DNA of 64,000 nucleotides. Origin: Candidatus Omnitrophota bacterium. Lineage in GTDB: Bacteria; Omnitrophota; Gorgyraeia; Velamenicoccales; JABMQK01. The notes under the pieces were generated by a model, which was not told where the DNA came from, made no database searches, and saw nothing but the letters and a program-made list of their open reading frames with translations. Within the stretch, counting starts at the first letter, position 1; each line of letters opens with the position of its first letter. Shown one piece after another: positions 37,001 to 46,423 of the stretch. A program made the translations under genes and the position numbers. The stretch covers positions 454,032 to 518,031 of the forward strand of contig JAQTSV010000001.1 in the NCBI GenBank assembly GCA_028711115.1. The letters are read 5' to 3'.

Positions 37001-38382
37001 CCGGGGACCAGATTATTGATAAAAGAAGAAGTGAATTTTATTCTTTCCTGTGCAAACATCCTTAAAAGAATATCCGTCCTGTTTTTTACAGTTTCTCCAA
37101 GCAGAGAGTTTTGTTTATTTATTTGGCTCGGCGGATATTCTACAAAAGGATTAACCTGAGCAATCTTTGGTATGTATTTTTTATTCTCCTTTAGAAATTC
37201 TAATGTCTTTCTAAAATCTTCTTCATTCTCCCCGGGAAAACCCGTGATAAGGCTTACTTCAAACTGCAGTCCGGCGCAGCTTAATTTCCTGAAAAATTCC
37301 TTGGCCTCATCTGCATCATAACCTTTATGCATTAACTTTAATATTTTATCCGAGGCGGATTCAAGCCCTACGAAGAGATTATAGCAGCCGGAATCCTTCA
37401 TTTTTTTAAATAAATCTTCAGGCGTATCTTTTCTTATTGCGAGTTGTGCTTCCCATTTTATTCTTTGATTTTCTTTGATAAGCAGGGAACAGAATTTATC
37501 CAGCCAATCCCAATCCGCATTTATCAACGAATCGTGAAAAGAAAAAGTAGTTATGCCGTGTTTGGTTACAAGCGATTTTATAAGTTCAGCCATATACTCT
37601 GGCGAATGTTGCCGGAATGTTTTATATAATTTGCATTCAGAGCAAAAAGAACATCTTTTTATGCATCCTCGAGAAGAAAATAAAGGAAGAGCCCACGAGT
37701 TATAATTTTTTAAATCAAAACCGTTAAAATCAAGTAAAGGCAGGGCATTAAGATCGGCAATCTCATCATACATAATTATTCTTTTATTTTTATATGACGC
37801 GGTGTTTAAGCTTTTGGAATTATAAATATGCTCACAGATGTTTAATAAAGGTAATTCGCCTTCACCTAAAACAAAGTAAGAATTGTCAGAGTTAATTTGC
37901 TCAAAGAATGTTTTTCTGTGGTATTCAAAGAGTATCTCCGGTCCGCCGAAGACAAATGTTTTTGATTTTGTGGCATGGATAATTTCTCCGATTAAATCCA
38001 TTGTCGCCTTATGGTTACGCGAATACAGAGAGAATCCCAAGACCTTAGCTTTTGAGTTTGAAATCTGGCGTATCAATTCGCCAATCAATCCGGCATGCCC
38101 CTTTTTTATGCGGCTAAAAATGTTGTTCTCTAATTCCGGATTTAAAGAAAGCCATTCTTTACCGGGTAATTTCAACAAATTGTAAGAAATTATGTTTAAA
38201 TCTATTATTTTTGTTTTGAAACCATTCGCAGAAAGGAAATTTTCTAGGAAGATCAGAGACAGAGGAGGGACTTTTAGCCAGTGCGGACCCAGCAGAAACA
38301 GAATCAGTCTGGTGTCGGGCTGGACGTTTGCGTCAATAAAATTAATCTTAGCGGCCATTGTCTCATTATAATAAAAGCTCAA
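36997..38382 (-). CDS. class B (B12-binding domain) radical SAM enzyme
   Basis: PPLSLIFLENFL...GEGELPL (B12-like domain) and SSRGCIKRCSFC (CX3CX2C). The probable true start is the ATG at 38358 (MAAKINF). Confidence 0.7.
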   Translation of the reverse strand: MSFYYNETMAAKINFIDANVQPDTRLILFLLGPHWLKVPPLSLIFLENFLSANGFKTKIIDLNIISYNLLKLPGKEWLSLNPELENNIFSRIKKGHAGLIGELIRQISNSKAKVLGFSLYSRNHKATMDLIGEIIHATKSKTFVFGGPEILFEYHRKTFFEQINSDNSYFVLGEGELPLLNICEHIYNSKSLNTASYKNKRIIMYDEIADLNALPLLDFNGFDLKNYNSWALPLFSSRGCIKRCSFCSECKLYKTFRQHSPEYMAELIKSLVTKHGITTFSFHDSLINADWDWLDKFCSLLIKENQRIKWEAQLAIRKDTPEDLFKKMKDSGCYNLFVGLESASDKILKLMHKGYDADEAKEFFRKLSCAGLQFEVSLITGFPGENEEDFRKTLEFLKENKKYIPKIAQVNPFVEYPPSQINKQNSLLGETVKNRTDILLRMFAQERIKFTSSFINNLVPG

Positions 38383-38457
38383 ATATTAAGCAAGATTATA
38401 AAATTTATAATATTCCGATTGACATATATTAGTTCAATCTGCATTCGAAAATTTGGG

Positions 38458-38486
38458 TTGAAAAATTAATACTTGCTGGATATAAT
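38458..38486 (+). promoter_or_regulatory. sigma70-like promoter of the SNF transporter gene
   Basis: TTGAAA (38458-38463), 17-nt spacer, TATAAT (38481-38486). Confidence 0.6.
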
Positions 38487-38530
38487 AATCTTAAGTTTTA
38501 ACCGAATTGGGAATTTCCGAGAGATAATAT

Positions 38531-40084
38531 ATGAAAAAAATAAAAAGGGACAGCTGGGGTTCGCGCCTGGGAATTATTATGGCCGTTGCCGGCTCAGCCG
38601 TTGGCTTGGGAAATTTTTTGCGTTTTCCCGGCCAGGTTGCGCAAAACGGCGGCGGCGCATTTATGATTCCCTATTTTGTTTCCTTGTTATTATTGGGAAT
38701 TCCCTTAATGTGGATTGAGTGGACTCTGGGAAGATACGGCGGCGGATTTGAACACGGGACTGCCCCGGGGATATTCCATTCTATTTGGCAAAAGAACCGT
38801 TTCATCAAATACTTCGGAGTCATAGGAATATTCGGGCCCTTGGTTATTTTTATATATTATACCTATATAGCATCCTGGACTTTGGGTTATAGTTTTCTTT
38901 CTATGACGGGCAAATGCAGCCAAGCCACGACTCAGCAGGGGATGAAAGAAATACTGGTCAATTACCAGGGATTGAATAACGGCGGGTTGTTCAACGGCTC
39001 GAATTTAAGCATTTTATTTTTTGCCATAACGTTTATTATAAATACATTTATTATTTACCACGGTATAAAAGGAGGCATAGAGAGGCTTTGTAAAATCGCC
39101 ATGCCGATTCTTTTTTTGTGCGGGCTGGTTATTTTAATAAGGGTTTTAACTTTGGGAACGCCTAATCCCTTAAAACCCGATTGGAATATCTCTAATGGCT
39201 TGGGATATATGTGGAATCCGGATTTTGCCGCTTTGAAGAATCCCAAAGTTTGGCTGGCGGCAGCTGGCCAGATATTTTTTACATTGAGCGTAGGTATTGG
39301 CGTAATCTTAACTTATGCCAGTTATTTATCAAAGGGAGACGATGTTGTGCTTTCAGGTTTGTCCGCGGTAAGCACAAATGAACTGGCTGAGGTGATTTTG
39401 GGCGGCAGCATTATTATCCCTGCAGCTTTTGTATTTTTCGGACCGGCTGAAATTACAAATATTGCACAAGGCGGTTTATTTAATCTGGGTTTTGTAACCA
39501 TGCCTCTGGTTTTAAACCACATACCGTTTAGCGCTATATTCGGTTTTATCTGGTTCTTTTTATTATTTTTGGCAGGTATTACCTCGTCGGTATCTCTGGC
39601 ACAGCCGGCGATTGCTTTTCTGGAAGACGAATTCGATATTTCGCGTAAAAAAGCCGTTTTGATATTCGCAGCCGTAACTTTATTTTTATGTATCCCGGGG
39701 ATAATATTTTTGAGCAAAGGCGTTGTGGATGAATTGGATTTCTGGGGTGGGACATTTTGTCTGGTATTATTTGCGACTGTCGAGTCTATTCTATTCGGCT
39801 GGGTTTTCGGCATAGATAAGGCCTGGCAGGAAATTCATCACGGCGCAGATTTAAATATCCCCAGAATTTACAAATTTATTATAAAATATGTAACGCCTGC
39901 ATTTCTTTTGATTATTTTAGGCTGGTGGTTTTTAAAGGAGTGGCTGCCGCTGATTATGATGAAAGGCGTGGCCAGTGAGAATCGTATTTATATTTTGGGC
40001 ACAAGGATAATGCTTCTTGTTTTATTTATTTTGATTGCGGTTTTAGTAAAGCTTGCCTGGAAGCGCAAGAGAGTGGTAAAATAG
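38531..40084 (+). CDS. sodium-dependent transporter, SNF (neurotransmitter:sodium symporter) family
   Basis: WGSRLGIIMAVAGSAVGLGNFLRFP N-terminal signature; 12-TM profile; 517 aa. Confidence 0.85.
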   Translation: MKKIKRDSWGSRLGIIMAVAGSAVGLGNFLRFPGQVAQNGGGAFMIPYFVSLLLLGIPLMWIEWTLGRYGGGFEHGTAPGIFHSIWQKNRFIKYFGVIGIFGPLVIFIYYTYIASWTLGYSFLSMTGKCSQATTQQGMKEILVNYQGLNNGGLFNGSNLSILFFAITFIINTFIIYHGIKGGIERLCKIAMPILFLCGLVILIRVLTLGTPNPLKPDWNISNGLGYMWNPDFAALKNPKVWLAAAGQIFFTLSVGIGVILTYASYLSKGDDVVLSGLSAVSTNELAEVILGGSIIIPAAFVFFGPAEITNIAQGGLFNLGFVTMPLVLNHIPFSAIFGFIWFFLLFLAGITSSVSLAQPAIAFLEDEFDISRKKAVLIFAAVTLFLCIPGIIFLSKGVVDELDFWGGTFCLVLFATVESILFGWVFGIDKAWQEIHHGADLNIPRIYKFIIKYVTPAFLLIILGWWFLKEWLPLIMMKGVASENRIYILGTRIMLLVLFILIAVLVKLAWKRKRVVK

Positions 40085-40085
40085 C

Positions 40086-40190
40086 ATGAATACCTACGGT
40101 TTAATATTACTGGTTGTTTCTTGGTTGGGCATAATAACCCTTGTTGTTTTTTGTTTTATAAAAGTATTTTCCAGAAAGGAATTAAAATGA
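40086..40190 (+). CDS. 34-aa single-TM peptide (MetS-like small subunit candidate)
   Basis: The ATG lies 2 nt after the SNF stop. Product MNTYGLILLVVSWLGIITLVVFCFIKVFSRKELK. Its stop overlaps the next ATG (ATGA). It is below the 60-aa cutoff of the ORF track. Confidence 0.5.
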   Translation: MNTYGLILLVVSWLGIITLVVFCFIKVFSRKELK

Positions 40191-40573
40191 AAAAGAACGT
40201 ATTTATTTTTGTTGCGCTATTGGTAAGTTTTTGTTTATTTTTTTCCGGCTGTCCTTATTTGATTGTGGGTACCGTGGGGGCTTTGGGCGGATATGCCATC
40301 AGCAAAGATACCATCCAGGGTGACACGGAAAGGACTTTCAACAGCGTCTGGAAGACATCGCTTAATGTTCTGGCTATTTTAGGCACAATAAAGACTGAAG
40401 ATTTAAAGAAGGGCACGATTGAGGCAGAAGTTGAGGCTTCAGAAGTAAAGTTGATAATAGAGCAGCTGACTCCCAGGACTGTACGCATGCGCGTATCTGC
40501 CAGGAAGTATTTAATGCCTAATATCAAGCTGGCGCAGAAAATCTTCATAAAGGTCATGGAACAGGCCAAATAG
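40187..40573 (+). CDS. lipoprotein, DUF3568-like
   Basis: MKKNVFIFVALLVSFCLFFSGC lipobox, then a Gly-rich segment (VGTVGALGGYA) and the ...VRMRVSARKY pattern. The track ORF starting at 40121 is an upstream extension. Confidence 0.5.
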   Translation: MKKNVFIFVALLVSFCLFFSGCPYLIVGTVGALGGYAISKDTIQGDTERTFNSVWKTSLNVLAILGTIKTEDLKKGTIEAEVEASEVKLIIEQLTPRTVRMRVSARKYLMPNIKLAQKIFIKVMEQAK

Positions 40574-40643
40574 CAGGCGATTTTGGCAGATTCAAGAAAT
40601 TCCAAAACCATAATTTATCCTTTTGATTTTAGTCCGGTTTGTA

Positions 40644-40671
40644 TTGACAGAAAAGTTTTTTCTGATAGAAT
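40644..40671 (+). promoter_or_regulatory. sigma70-like promoter of tRNA-Phe
   Basis: TTGACA (40644-40649), 16-nt spacer, TAGAAT (40666-40671); about 28 nt upstream of the tRNA. Confidence 0.55.
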
Positions 40672-40699
40672 TGTTTCCTGTTTAAATAGAGGTAGTTAT

Positions 40700-40772
40700 G
40701 CCGAGGTAGCTCAGTCGGTAGAGCGCAGGACTGAAAATCCTGGCGTGGGCGGTTCGATTCCGCCCCTCGGCA
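40700..40772 (+). tRNA. tRNA-Phe (anticodon GAA)
   Basis: Acceptor GCCGAGG/CCTCGGC, D-arm AGCTCAGTCGGTAGAGC, anticodon stem CAGGA/TCCTG with loop CTGAAAA, T-arm GGCGGTTCGATTCCGCC. Confidence 0.92.
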
Positions 40773-40815
40773 TTTTTTATTCGCTTTATCTAAAGATAGT
40801 TTTTATTAAAGGATT

Positions 40816-42006
40816 ATGAAAATGTTGCCAGACAGATATGGACATTTCGGGATTTTCGGCGGTAAGTTCGTTCCGGAAACGCTGATGCCGGCTTTAAAGG
40901 AACTGGAGAAGGAATATCTGTGCTGCCAGAAAGACAGGGCATTTCAGAAAGAATTATATTATCTTCTTACCGAATATGCCGGCAGGCCAACCCCGCTTTA
41001 TTTTGCCAAAAATTTAAGTAAATATCTGGGCGGATGCAGAGTCTATCTTAAAAGAGAAGACTTACTGCATACAGGCGCCCATAAAATAAATAATACGCTG
41101 GGCCAGGCGCTTTTAGCCAAACGCATGGGAAAAAAGCGCATAATTGCCGAGACAGGTGCAGGCCAGCACGGCGTGGCTACTGCCACAGTTGCGGCCTTGT
41201 TGGGCCTTGAATGCCAGGTGTATATGGGCGAGGAAGATATTCACCGCCAGGAATTAAATGTGTTCAGGATGAAATTACTGGGCGCAGATGTCATACCAGT
41301 CACTACTGGCTCAAAGACATTGAAAGAAGCCTGCTCCGAGGCAATAAGAGACTGGGTGACTAACGTCAAAGATACATATTACATAATCGGTTCTGTGGTC
41401 GGGCCGCATCCCTATCCTTTAATAGTCAGGGATTTTCAATCTGTAATCGGCAGAGAAGCCAGAAAACAGATAATTTATCTGGAGAAGAAATTGCCGGATT
41501 ATCTGGTTGCTTGCGTGGGCGGCGGAAGCAATTCTATGGGTTTATTTCATCCATTCTTGAATGACAAAAAAGTTAAGATGATTGGTGTCGAGGCAGCCGG
41601 GCTTGGTTTTAATTCAGGCAAGACTGCAGCCAGTTTATTAAAAGGAAAGGTTGGGGTTTTGCATGGTTCAAAGAGCCTGGTCTTACAGGATAAAAACGGA
41701 CAGATAGAAGTGGCGCATTCCCTCGCTGCAGGCCTGGATTATCCCGGCGTAGGCCCCGAGCACAGTTATTATAAACAGATTAAAAGGGCAACTTATGTGG
41801 CCGTCACCGATAAACAGGCGCTAAAAGGTTTTGAATTATTATCGCAGACAGAAGGAATAATTCCTGCCTTAGAACCTGCCCATGCCATTGCTTATCTTGC
41901 TCATGCCAAAAGCCGTTTTAAGAAAAATTCTGTAATTGTGGTATGCCTTTCCGGCCGGGGGGATAAAGACGTAACATTAGTTTCTTCGGTCTTGAACAAA
42001 AAATGA
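40816..42006 (+). CDS. trpB: tryptophan synthase beta chain
   Basis: [25 protein letters not shown] (PLP lysine) and GGGSNSMG. Confidence 0.92.
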   Translation: MKMLPDRYGHFGIFGGKFVPETLMPALKELEKEYLCCQKDRAFQKELYYLLTEYAGRPTPLYFAKNLSKYLGGCRVYLKREDLLHTGAHKINNTLGQALLAKRMGKKRIIAETGAGQHGVATATVAALLGLECQVYMGEEDIHRQELNVFRMKLLGADVIPVTTGSKTLKEACSEAIRDWVTNVKDTYYIIGSVVGPHPYPLIVRDFQSVIGREARKQIIYLEKKLPDYLVACVGGGSNSMGLFHPFLNDKKVKMIGVEAAGLGFNSGKTAASLLKGKVGVLHGSKSLVLQDKNGQIEVAHSLAAGLDYPGVGPEHSYYKQIKRATYVAVTDKQALKGFELLSQTEGIIPALEPAHAIAYLAHAKSRFKKNSVIVVCLSGRGDKDVTLVSSVLNKK

Positions 42007-42788
42007 ACCGCATCACTAAAAAATTTACCGAATTAAAGAAAAAAAACAAGAAGGCGCTTGTTGTTTATCTTACTGTGGGCTATCCGGATATTGCCACCAC
42101 CGAAAAATTAATTCTGGAGCTCGCCAGGATTGGCGTGCATATGTTTGAGCTGGGCGTTCCTTTTTCTGATCCTCTTGCCGACGGGCCGGTAATTCAGGCA
42201 TCAAGTTCGTATGCCTTAAAGCACAAGATAAATCTGGACAACACATTTTCTTTAACTAAACGCCTGAGAAAAAAAATAGATAATCCTTTGCTCATCATGG
42301 GCTATTTTAATCCTGTTTTAAATTATGGCCTGGAACGTTTTGCAAAAAATGCCGGGCTCTGCGGCCTGGACGGCATAATCATCCCTGATTTGCCTACAGA
42401 GGAAGCGCGGGCATTAAGAAGTTACCTTGATAAAAACAAACTTTATCTGATAGATTTTATTGCTCCCACCACAGATTCTTCGAGGATTAAAAAAATAGCC
42501 AAAGAATGCAGAGGTTTTATCTATTATGTTTCGCTTACGGGCGTGACCGGAGCAAGAAATAAATTGCCGCGGGGAATTTCAGAGCGCCTGGCTTATCTAA
42601 AGAGATTTATAAAGATTCCTGTCTGTGTGGGGTTTGGCATATCCAACAGAAAACAATTCCAGTCCATAGCCAAATTCAGCGACGGAGTCATCGTGGGCAG
42701 CGCAATTATCAAAAATATCCGGGACAATTTAGGTAAAAAAGATTTAGTCCATAAAGTTGTCAGCTTCACAAAGAAATTAGTCCCTTAG
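42003..42788 (+). CDS. trpA: tryptophan synthase alpha chain
   Basis: [26 protein letters not shown] and GFGIS motifs; ATGA overlap with trpB. Confidence 0.9.
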   Translation: MNRITKKFTELKKKNKKALVVYLTVGYPDIATTEKLILELARIGVHMFELGVPFSDPLADGPVIQASSSYALKHKINLDNTFSLTKRLRKKIDNPLLIMGYFNPVLNYGLERFAKNAGLCGLDGIIIPDLPTEEARALRSYLDKNKLYLIDFIAPTTDSSRIKKIAKECRGFIYYVSLTGVTGARNKLPRGISERLAYLKRFIKIPVCVGFGISNRKQFQSIAKFSDGVIVGSAIIKNIRDNLGKKDLVHKVVSFTKKLVP

Positions 42789-42790
42789 AA

Positions 42791-44071
42791 ATGTATAAAA
42801 AAACAGTCCTCAAAAATAATCTCACCCTGGTGACGCACCAGATGAGCGATGCCTTCAGTGTTTCTGTGGGGGTTTGGCTTAAGGTCGGCTCAAGATACGA
42901 AAACGATCCCTTGGCCGGAATCAGCCATTTCTTAGAACACCTCTTATTCAAAGGCTCGCAAAAATATGACAACTATACTATCAAGAGCCAGATTGAAGGA
43001 AGGGGAGGCCTGCTCAATGGTTTTACTTCTGAAGAATTGACTTGTTATCTTGCCAAGGTTCCGCATAAAATCGCCTATTCCACATTCGAGATACTTTTAG
43101 ATATGGCGTTGCATCCGCTTCTTAAACAAGAAGATATTCAGAGAGAAAAGACTGTAATCATTGAAGAAATTAAGATGTATAACGACCTGCCGCAGCATAT
43201 CGTGCACGAATTATTGGATAAGACTATGTGGCCCGGGCATCCTTTAGGCAGGAATATCGCCGGGACCATAGAGTCGGTAAATTCTATTTCCCGCGGTGAT
43301 TTGTTGAATTTCCAAGATAAATATTACTGTGCGGATAATATGGTAATCGTCTTTGCCGGAAACATAAAACATAAAGATTGCTTGGATTTTGTCTCTAGGA
43401 AATTAGGCAAGGCCGGAATAAAAAATAAGGATTATTTTTTTAAGAATTTTTATTCACAGCAAAAAGAAGCACAGATAAAGACGCAGGTAAAAGACACAGA
43501 GCAGACCAGATTGGCCATAGGTTTTCCGTCGTATGACAGGTCACATCCCAAACGTTTCATGGAGACTTTGCTTTCTATCATTTTAGGCGGAAATATGTCC
43601 AGCCGCCTGTTTAATGAGATAAGGGAAAAGCACGGGCTGGCTTATGAAATTTCCAGCCAGTGTAAACTCTTAAGGGACACAGGCGCATTTTATATCAGCG
43701 CAGGACTAGATAATAAAAAGGTTGATCTGGCCTTAAATCTGATATTAAAGGAATTAGCCAGACTAAAGGAAAAGCCGGTGTCCCAGGAAGAATTGACCCG
43801 CGCCAAAGAATATTTCTTGAGCCAGGTGGCGATGAGCCTTGAGGATACGCTTGACCACATGCTCTTTCTGGGCGAAGCTGCCTCGGCTACCGGAGAGCTG
43901 CTCGATTTTTCCCAGATAAAGAAAAAAGTGTCCAGTATCAGACCGGCGGATTTAAAGTGCGTGGCCGGGGAGATTTTCACTAAAGACAAAATAAACATTT
44001 CCCTTGTGGGTCCGGTTAAGGATTTTAATAAGGACGGGTGTTTTAAACACATAGATACGGCTTTAGTTTAA
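42791..44071 (+). CDS. M16-family zinc peptidase (pitrilysin-like)
   Basis: Inverted zinc motif HFLEHLLFKG and the downstream E of the M16 signature; 426 aa. Confidence 0.8.
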   Translation: MYKKTVLKNNLTLVTHQMSDAFSVSVGVWLKVGSRYENDPLAGISHFLEHLLFKGSQKYDNYTIKSQIEGRGGLLNGFTSEELTCYLAKVPHKIAYSTFEILLDMALHPLLKQEDIQREKTVIIEEIKMYNDLPQHIVHELLDKTMWPGHPLGRNIAGTIESVNSISRGDLLNFQDKYYCADNMVIVFAGNIKHKDCLDFVSRKLGKAGIKNKDYFFKNFYSQQKEAQIKTQVKDTEQTRLAIGFPSYDRSHPKRFMETLLSIILGGNMSSRLFNEIREKHGLAYEISSQCKLLRDTGAFYISAGLDNKKVDLALNLILKELARLKEKPVSQEELTRAKEYFLSQVAMSLEDTLDHMLFLGEAASATGELLDFSQIKKKVSSIRPADLKCVAGEIFTKDKINISLVGPVKDFNKDGCFKHIDTALV

Positions 44072-44076
44072 AGAAA

Positions 44077-44105
44077 TTGACATTTTAACAGCATTGTGGT
44101 AAAAG
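44077..44105 (+). promoter_or_regulatory. sigma70-like promoter with extended -10, ahead of a roughly 110-nt leader
   Basis: TTGACA (44077-44082), 17-nt spacer ending in TGG, then TAAAAG (44100-44105). Confidence 0.45.
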
Positions 44106-44215
44106 TATAGGAGATTAATTTTGTCTTTTTTGCATCTAGCAGACTGGATGCGGGAATTAACTCAAAACAGAGCCGCCAGATTCCGAGGCGGACATATTCA
44201 TCAAAGGAGGAACAA

Positions 44216-44368
44216 ATGGCAGAACAGGGTTATTGCGTAAAATGCAAAAGCAAGAAGGCAATGAAGGACACAAAAGAGACAACTTTGAAGAATGGCCGCA
44301 GAGCAATGAAGGGCAAATGCACGGATTGTGGCACATCCATGTTTAAGATTTTAGGAGGCAAGGCCTAA
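44216..44368 (+). CDS. 50-aa zinc-ribbon protein (DUF5679-like)
   Basis: SD AAAGGAGG lies 6 nt upstream. Product MAEQGYCVKCKSKKAMKDTKETTLKNGRRAMKGKCTDCGTSMFKILGGKA with CxxC...CxxC. It is below the ORF-track cutoff. Confidence 0.6.
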   Translation: MAEQGYCVKCKSKKAMKDTKETTLKNGRRAMKGKCTDCGTSMFKILGGKA

Positions 44369-44398
44369 GATTAGTTTGTTTTAAAGGAGGTTTTTAAG

Positions 44399-44746
44399 AT
44401 AGAATCCAGAGAGAAGTCACGTCTTGCTGCTAAGTTTGCCAAAGGTAAAAAAGCAGAAGGTATAGTTATTTTGGATATGCGCAAAATAGCTAACTTCTGC
44501 GAATATTTTGTTATCTGCAGCGGCAGTTCCGACAGACAGGTAGTAAGTATTGCCGACGCCATTGAGGAAGGTTTTATAAAACAGAAGGTCAAGGCCTCAA
44601 ATTCCAACGGCGCAAAAAACGGAGCCTGGATGCTTTTAGATTACGGAGACGTAATTATCCATATTTTCAATAAAGAAATAAGAGAATATTATAATTTAGA
44701 GCGGCTATGGATAGATGCAAAAAGAGTACGTATTCCCAAAGATTGA
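44399..44746 (+). CDS. rsfS: ribosome silencing factor RsfS (start codon uncertain: ATA at 44399 or TTG at 44471)
   Basis: YFVICSGSSDRQVVSIAD...W.LLDYGDVIIHIF...REYYNLERLW is classic RsfS. The conserved N-terminal helix lies upstream of the first canonical start. Confidence 0.8.
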   Translation: MESREKSRLAAKFAKGKKAEGIVILDMRKIANFCEYFVICSGSSDRQVVSIADAIEEGFIKQKVKASNSNGAKNGAWMLLDYGDVIIHIFNKEIREYYNLERLWIDAKRVRIPKD

Positions 44747-46376
44747 AACAAATATATCCTCGTTACTTAAATCTTGCCTTTCTGATTTAGGTGTCTCTGA
44801 ATCGCCTTTAATCGTCATAGAAATCCCCAAGGAAAGAGCGAATGGCGATCTCTCTACGAATGTGGCATTCCGCCTCTCACCGGTTTTAAAAAAGAAACCC
44901 AAGGAAATAGCAGAACTGCTTTTATCTTCCTGCAGGAATAAGCTGGGCGAATTTAATTTAGACTCCGTTGTCAAAGACATAACTATCGCCTCCGGCGGAT
45001 TCCTCAATTTTTATCTAAAAGACAGTTTCTTATATGAGATGGCTTTGGATATTATAAAAACCAAAGATGTCCTGGGAGATATTAATTTAGGCAAAGGTAA
45101 AAATACGCTCATAGAATTTGTCAGCGCAAATCCCACTGGCCCGCTTTCCATAGCCCACGCGCGCCAGGCAGCAGTGGGAGATTCTTTAGCAAGAATTCTT
45201 GCAGTCCTGGGTTTTAAGGTAACGCGCGAATATTATAATAATGACGAAGGAAACCAGATAAATATTCTGGGAAAATCCTTGGAGCTGCGCTACCGCCAGT
45301 TACAAGGCGAGACAGTTGATTTTCCTGAGGATCATTATCAGGGCGATTACATCATCGATCTGGCCAAAGAGATAAAGGAAAAAAAGATTAAGATAAAGGA
45401 CGAACAGGGATTCCGCGATTTTGCCCTGGAAAAAATCACCAAGGTTATTCAGGATGAGCTTGGCGATTTCGGCGTGGAATTCGATGTCTGGTACAGCCAG
45501 AAAAAACTCGCCTCTTCCAAAAAAATTGAGCAGGCGCTGGATTTATTAAGGAAGAAAGATTTTATTTATGAAAACGAAGGCGCAACCTGGTTTAAGTCCA
45601 CTGAATTCGGCGACGATAAAGATAGAGTAGTAGTCAAATCCGACAAGAATTATACCTATCTTGCGCCGGATATCGCATATCACTTGGATAAATTTAACAG
45701 AGGTTTTAAGTGGCTGATAAATATTTGGGGTCCTGACCACCACGGCTATGTTCCCCGTATAAAAGCGGTTATTCAGGCCTTGGGCCACGATAAAGGATCG
45801 CTTTCCGTGATTATCGTGCAGCTGGCAACTATATACCGCGAAGGCAAATCCGTTTCTATGTCTACGCGCCGCGGTCAATACATTACTCTTCGGGAAGTTT
45901 TAAACGAAGTTGGCAGAGACGCTACAAGATTCTTCCTTCTGATGCGGCGCACAGACAGCCATTTGGATTTTGATTTGGAACTGGCCAAGAAACAATCCTC
46001 GGAAAATCCCGTCTATTACATTCAATATGCCTACGCGCGCATCTGTAGCATTTTAAATAACGCCAAGGATATCAAATTAAATCTGAAAGAAATAAATTTA
46101 AGTTTACTGAAAGAGCATGAAGAGGGCGATTTGTTGCAGCTGATTTTTCAGTTTTCTTATGTAATGGAGGTATGTTTGCGGCAGCTGGATTCTTATCCGG
46201 TCACGGCATATCTGCAGAATTTGGCTACGGCATTCCACCGTTTTTACGACCAGCATAAAGTATTGAGCGAAGATAAAAATCTCACGCTGGCAAGGTTGGC
46301 TTTAATCAGGTGCCTGCAAATTGTATTTGCACAGGGTTTGGATTTACTGGGGATATCCAAACCGGAAAAAATGTAG
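44715..46376 (+). CDS. argS: arginine--tRNA ligase
   Basis: SANPTGPLSIAHARQA (HIGH region), MSTRRG (KMSKS equivalent) and the C-terminal anticodon-binding domain; 553 aa. Confidence 0.9.
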   Translation: MQKEYVFPKIETNISSLLKSCLSDLGVSESPLIVIEIPKERANGDLSTNVAFRLSPVLKKKPKEIAELLLSSCRNKLGEFNLDSVVKDITIASGGFLNFYLKDSFLYEMALDIIKTKDVLGDINLGKGKNTLIEFVSANPTGPLSIAHARQAAVGDSLARILAVLGFKVTREYYNNDEGNQINILGKSLELRYRQLQGETVDFPEDHYQGDYIIDLAKEIKEKKIKIKDEQGFRDFALEKITKVIQDELGDFGVEFDVWYSQKKLASSKKIEQALDLLRKKDFIYENEGATWFKSTEFGDDKDRVVVKSDKNYTYLAPDIAYHLDKFNRGFKWLINIWGPDHHGYVPRIKAVIQALGHDKGSLSVIIVQLATIYREGKSVSMSTRRGQYITLREVLNEVGRDATRFFLLMRRTDSHLDFDLELAKKQSSENPVYYIQYAYARICSILNNAKDIKLNLKEINLSLLKEHEEGDLLQLIFQFSYVMEVCLRQLDSYPVTAYLQNLATAFHRFYDQHKVLSEDKNLTLARLALIRCLQIVFAQGLDLLGISKPEKM

Positions 46377-46423
46377 TTTCGATAACCGGATCCCCGATTT
46401 ATTCTCACCAATAATTAACTATC

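Noticed and set aside
38473-38718. 81-aa plus-strand ORF overlapping the start of the SNF transporter.
   Set aside because: It is an alternative frame of the strongly supported transporter N-terminus (GLGNFLRFP signature), and its first half lies in the promoter and leader.
40583-40819. 78-aa ORF in the track.
   Set aside because: It reads straight through tRNA-Phe (40700-40772) and its promoter, so it is spurious.
44106-44215. T-box (argS downstream) or ZTP-like element, prompted by GACUGG and CCGCC words.
   Set aside because: It is too short for a T-box and lacks the T-box sequence and a specifier loop. The ZTP core (GGGUCGU...CCGCCUGGG) is not present, and the gene context is wrong.
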